A stretch of DNA of 64,000 nt from an uncultured Chloroflexia bacterium (lineage in GTDB: Bacteria; Chloroflexota; Anaerolineae; Anaerolineales; UBA11858). Within the stretch, counting starts at the first letter, position 1. Every line of letters starts with the position of its first letter. Below, in pieces: positions 61,662 through 64,000 of this stretch. The stretch lies in contig CAVVUX010000002.1 in assembly GCA_963751575.1 (NCBI GenBank), positions 742,208 through 806,207 on the forward strand, read 5' to 3'. The position numbers and the translations under genes were made by a program. The notes under the pieces are model-generated. The model had not been told where the DNA came from. It searched no databases and was given only the letters and a program-made list of their open reading frames with translations.

Positions 61662-62279
61662 TTATTTTAAGAAATAGCTCAGTTTTTGGAGATGGACTGC
61701 AGGATCGATATGTTCAATCTGGACACCACCAGGGGTTTTTATGTAGACGGGAGCGTAATTCAAAATCGCAGTAATGCCGACCTCTACCAACTCATCAATC
61801 ACTTCCTGGGCATTGTCTGCTGGGATGGCCAGGACGGCTATCTGAATCTCTTCCCTGGCAACATAATCGCACATTTCCAAGATATCCTTGACGACCAGAC
61901 TTCCAATCTGTTTGCCGATCTTTTCAGGATCAATGTCGAAGATCGCGTCAACCTTAAATCCGCGATTTAAGAAACCCCCATACCTGGTTAATCCGCTTCC
62001 CAGATCGCCAGCTCCAATAACGATCATTTTCCAGATCGTATCTGTATTCAAAATTTGATTTAACTTATCGATCAGGAAATCAATTTCGTAACCTTTTCCT
62101 CGTTTACCCAGTTCGCCAAAATGCGAGAGGTCCTTCCTGATTTGGGCAGCGGAGATATCCAGAAGTTTTCCTAGTTCATGGGAAGAGGCATACTGGAAGC
62201 CATCTTTCTTCAGCCTGATCAAAGCTCTGAGATAAAGGGGAAGACGACCAATTATTATGCGGGGGATTTGTTTATCCAT
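61662..62279 (-). CDS. rex: Redox-sensing transcriptional repressor Rex
   Basis: IPRIIIGRLPLYLR, SSHELG, AAQIRKDLSHFGELGKRGKGY, VIGAGDLG, AILNYAP; start placed at ATG 62279. Confidence 0.96.
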   Translation of the reverse strand: MDKQIPRIIIGRLPLYLRALIRLKKDGFQYASSHELGKLLDISAAQIRKDLSHFGELGKRGKGYEIDFLIDKLNQILNTDTIWKMIVIGAGDLGSGLTRYGGFLNRGFKVDAIFDIDPEKIGKQIGSLVVKDILEMCDYVAREEIQIAVLAIPADNAQEVIDELVEVGITAILNYAPVYIKTPGGVQIEHIDPAVHLQKLSYFLK

Positions 62280-62322
62280 AGATTTATCTTGCGCTGATAT
62301 TAATTGATGAGTTTTCAAGAGT

Positions 62323-62345
62323 TTGTGAGATTTTGTTCAATTTTA
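62323..62345 (-). promoter_or_regulatory. rex extended -10 (TGgTAAAAT) with an adjoining candidate Rex operator (autoregulation)
   Basis: TAAAAT at 62345-62340 on minus; TTGTGAGATTTTGTTCAA at 62323-62340 matches 10 of 14 positions and covers the predicted start site. Confidence 0.5.
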
Positions 62346-62371
62346 CCATAAGCAATTGCCGGAAATGAGAA

Positions 62372-62380
62372 TGGTATAAT
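62372..62380 (+). promoter_or_regulatory. Extended -10 promoter (TGgTATAAT) for obg-nadD
   Basis: Perfect TGnTATAAT, 125 nt upstream of the obg ATG. Confidence 0.6.
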
Positions 62381-62505
62381 AGCCTGAAATTCAAACCGGA
62401 TGTGATCCTTGATCTTGGTTCGTTCTAACTCCACATCCGGAGGCAGCGAGGGGTGCAGACATATCCCCTGGCTGACCAACGGCTGTTATTTGATGAGAAA
62501 ATCGT

Positions 62506-63783
62506 ATGTATTTTGACGAAGTGGTTATTGATGTTTCTGGCGGCAAGGGTGGCGATGGTGTGATCCAGTTCCGCCGTGAAAAATTTGTTCCGAGGGGTGG
62601 TCCCGACGGTGGAGATGGTGGTCACGGGGGAAATGTCATCCTCCGGGTTGATCAGCATCTTAACACTCTGTCAAAATTCCGTCATCAAAGGATATTTAAA
62701 GCTGATGATGGGATCAGGGGGAAGGGAAAAAACCAGACAGGCGCTTCAGGAGACGATCTGATCATTAACGTTCCTCCCGGAACGATGGTGTTTGACGAAT
62801 CGGATGGGCGGTTGCTGGGTGATCTTATTTTGATAGATCAGGAAATGTTAATCTGCAAAGGTGGACGGGGAGGAAGGGGAAATACCCGGTTCAAAACATC
62901 AAAAAATAAAACTCCCAGGATTGCGGAAAAAGGTGAACCTCCAGAGGAGATTTCGATCCGTTTAGAAATGAAATTAATTGCCGATATCGGCATTATCGGC
63001 GTGCCAAATGCAGGAAAATCAACCTTATTATCTGTAGTAAGCAATGCTAAGCCTAAAATAGCTCCCTATCCTTTTACAACTCTGCAGCCAAATCTAGGCG
63101 TTGTGAACCTTGAGGATGATATTCAATTGGTGCTGGCCGATATTCCCGGACTGATCGAAGGAGCTCACCGGGGAGAAGGACTGGGACATGATTTTCTGCG
63201 GCATATCCAACGGACCAGGGTATTAATCCACCTCTTAGATGGCTTGGCTGAAGAACCGTTTTTGGATTTTGCTCAGATAAACTCGGAATTGGCCCTTTTT
63301 GACCCTGCTCTGGGGGATAAGGCGCAAATTGTGGTCTTGAATAAAATGGATATGCCTGAGGTCGAATTGAAGTGGGAAGCAATTAAAGAAAAACTTCAGG
63401 AAAAAGGGTATCAGGATATATTCATAGTCTCGGCTATTTCCAATCAGGGACTCAAACCTGTTTTATACCGGGCAGCTGAATTGCTGCGCGAAGAACCAGT
63501 TTACCAATACAGATTGCCCGATGCAGATGAAGGTCTTCCGGTATATAGGTTTGATAAGGATCCGCAGAAGTATTCCATTCTCCGGATAGAGCGAGGTTGG
63601 AGGATCTCAGGTGAAGCCCTCGAACGGGCAGCCGCGATGACCTATTGGGAGCATTTTCAATCTATTCGCAGATTTCACCGGATCCTCGAGGCTATGGGTG
63701 TTGATGTGGCCCTGCGAGAGGCAGGAGTTGAGCCTGGTGATCTGGTTTTGATTGGTGATCATGAATTACAATGGGAAGAATGA
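62506..63783 (+). CDS. obg: GTPase Obg/CgtA with C-terminal OCT domain
   Basis: GGKGGDG..FRREKFVPRGGPDGGDGG, GVPNAGKST, YPFTT, ADIPGLIEGA, NKMD, GVDVALREAGVEPGDLV. Confidence 0.97.
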   Translation: MYFDEVVIDVSGGKGGDGVIQFRREKFVPRGGPDGGDGGHGGNVILRVDQHLNTLSKFRHQRIFKADDGIRGKGKNQTGASGDDLIINVPPGTMVFDESDGRLLGDLILIDQEMLICKGGRGGRGNTRFKTSKNKTPRIAEKGEPPEEISIRLEMKLIADIGIIGVPNAGKSTLLSVVSNAKPKIAPYPFTTLQPNLGVVNLEDDIQLVLADIPGLIEGAHRGEGLGHDFLRHIQRTRVLIHLLDGLAEEPFLDFAQINSELALFDPALGDKAQIVVLNKMDMPEVELKWEAIKEKLQEKGYQDIFIVSAISNQGLKPVLYRAAELLREEPVYQYRLPDADEGLPVYRFDKDPQKYSILRIERGWRISGEALERAAAMTYWEHFQSIRRFHRILEAMGVDVALREAGVEPGDLVLIGDHELQWEE

Positions 63784-64000
63784 AAAAGAAACCGAGGATT
63801 GGATATTTTGGGGGCACATTTGATCCACCTCATCTGGGACACTTAGTTCTGGCCGCAGAAGCATTCCACCAGTTGAAATTAGACCAGTTAAACTGGATAT
63901 TAACACCTGATCCACCCCACAAAACAGATCGCCAGATAACTCCTGTCAGACTCCGATTGGAGATGATTAATCTGATAGTTGATTCTCGCTCTGAATTTCG
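63780..64000 (+). CDS. nadD: Nicotinate-nucleotide adenylyltransferase (partial, runs off window end)
   Basis: Manual translation MKKKPRIGYFGGTFDPPHLGHL...TPDPPHK...RLEMI; ATGA overlap with obg. Confidence 0.92.
   Translation, partial: MKKKPRIGYFGGTFDPPHLGHLVLAAEAFHQLKLDQLNWILTPDPPHKTDRQITPVRLRLEMINLIVDSRSEF

Noticed and set aside
62396..62490. SRP RNA, 6S RNA or a known riboswitch upstream of obg
   Set aside because: TCCGGAGGCAGC only loosely resembles the SRP domain IV motif, and I recognised no known consensus. Kept only as an unassigned structured leader.

Overview
This is a bacterial chromosomal window, most likely from an anaerobic Chloroflexota (Anaerolineae-like) genome. That assignment is inferred from the Pro/Thr-rich lipoproteins, the NBR1-Ig-type lipoprotein and overall gene content. 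I saw no rRNA, tRNA, CRISPR array or mobile element. The flanks carry housekeeping and accessory genes: pstS/pstB, pgl, an ECF sigma factor, DegV, XdhC, patatin, DUF58-transglutaminase-MoxR, tkt-rpiB-tal, hutH-like, smpB, yebC-ruvC-ruvA, atpAGDC, an mreB-like gene, rex, obg and nadD. The centre is a ~20 kb minus-strand energy-conservation supercluster (17988-37653). In transcription order it encodes an HdrD-like CCG protein, EtfB, EtfA, a membrane Fe-S oxidoreductase (EMO/FadF type), a three-protein phosphorelay, HdrCBA-MvhDGA (group 3c NiFe hydrogenase) and a maturation protease. It ends with a cytochrome b6-like Rieske/cytb operon translationally coupled to a second membrane Hdr-like oxidoreductase. 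The cytochrome b6 carries an N-terminal signal peptide, a miniature CxxCH heme-c segment and an extra helix that resembles the first helix missing from the downstream oxidoreductase. This is the best candidate for an undescribed system, linking flavin-based and quinone-based electron bifurcation. Other notable features are a HesB-like selenoprotein missed by the ORF track, candidate Rex operators, an F1-only ATPase operon and an MreB paralogue with an altered active site. Many genes, especially at 19-30 kb, are broken by single-base indels that look like sequencing or consensus errors. Coordinates of these genes were reconstructed by hand and are approximate.
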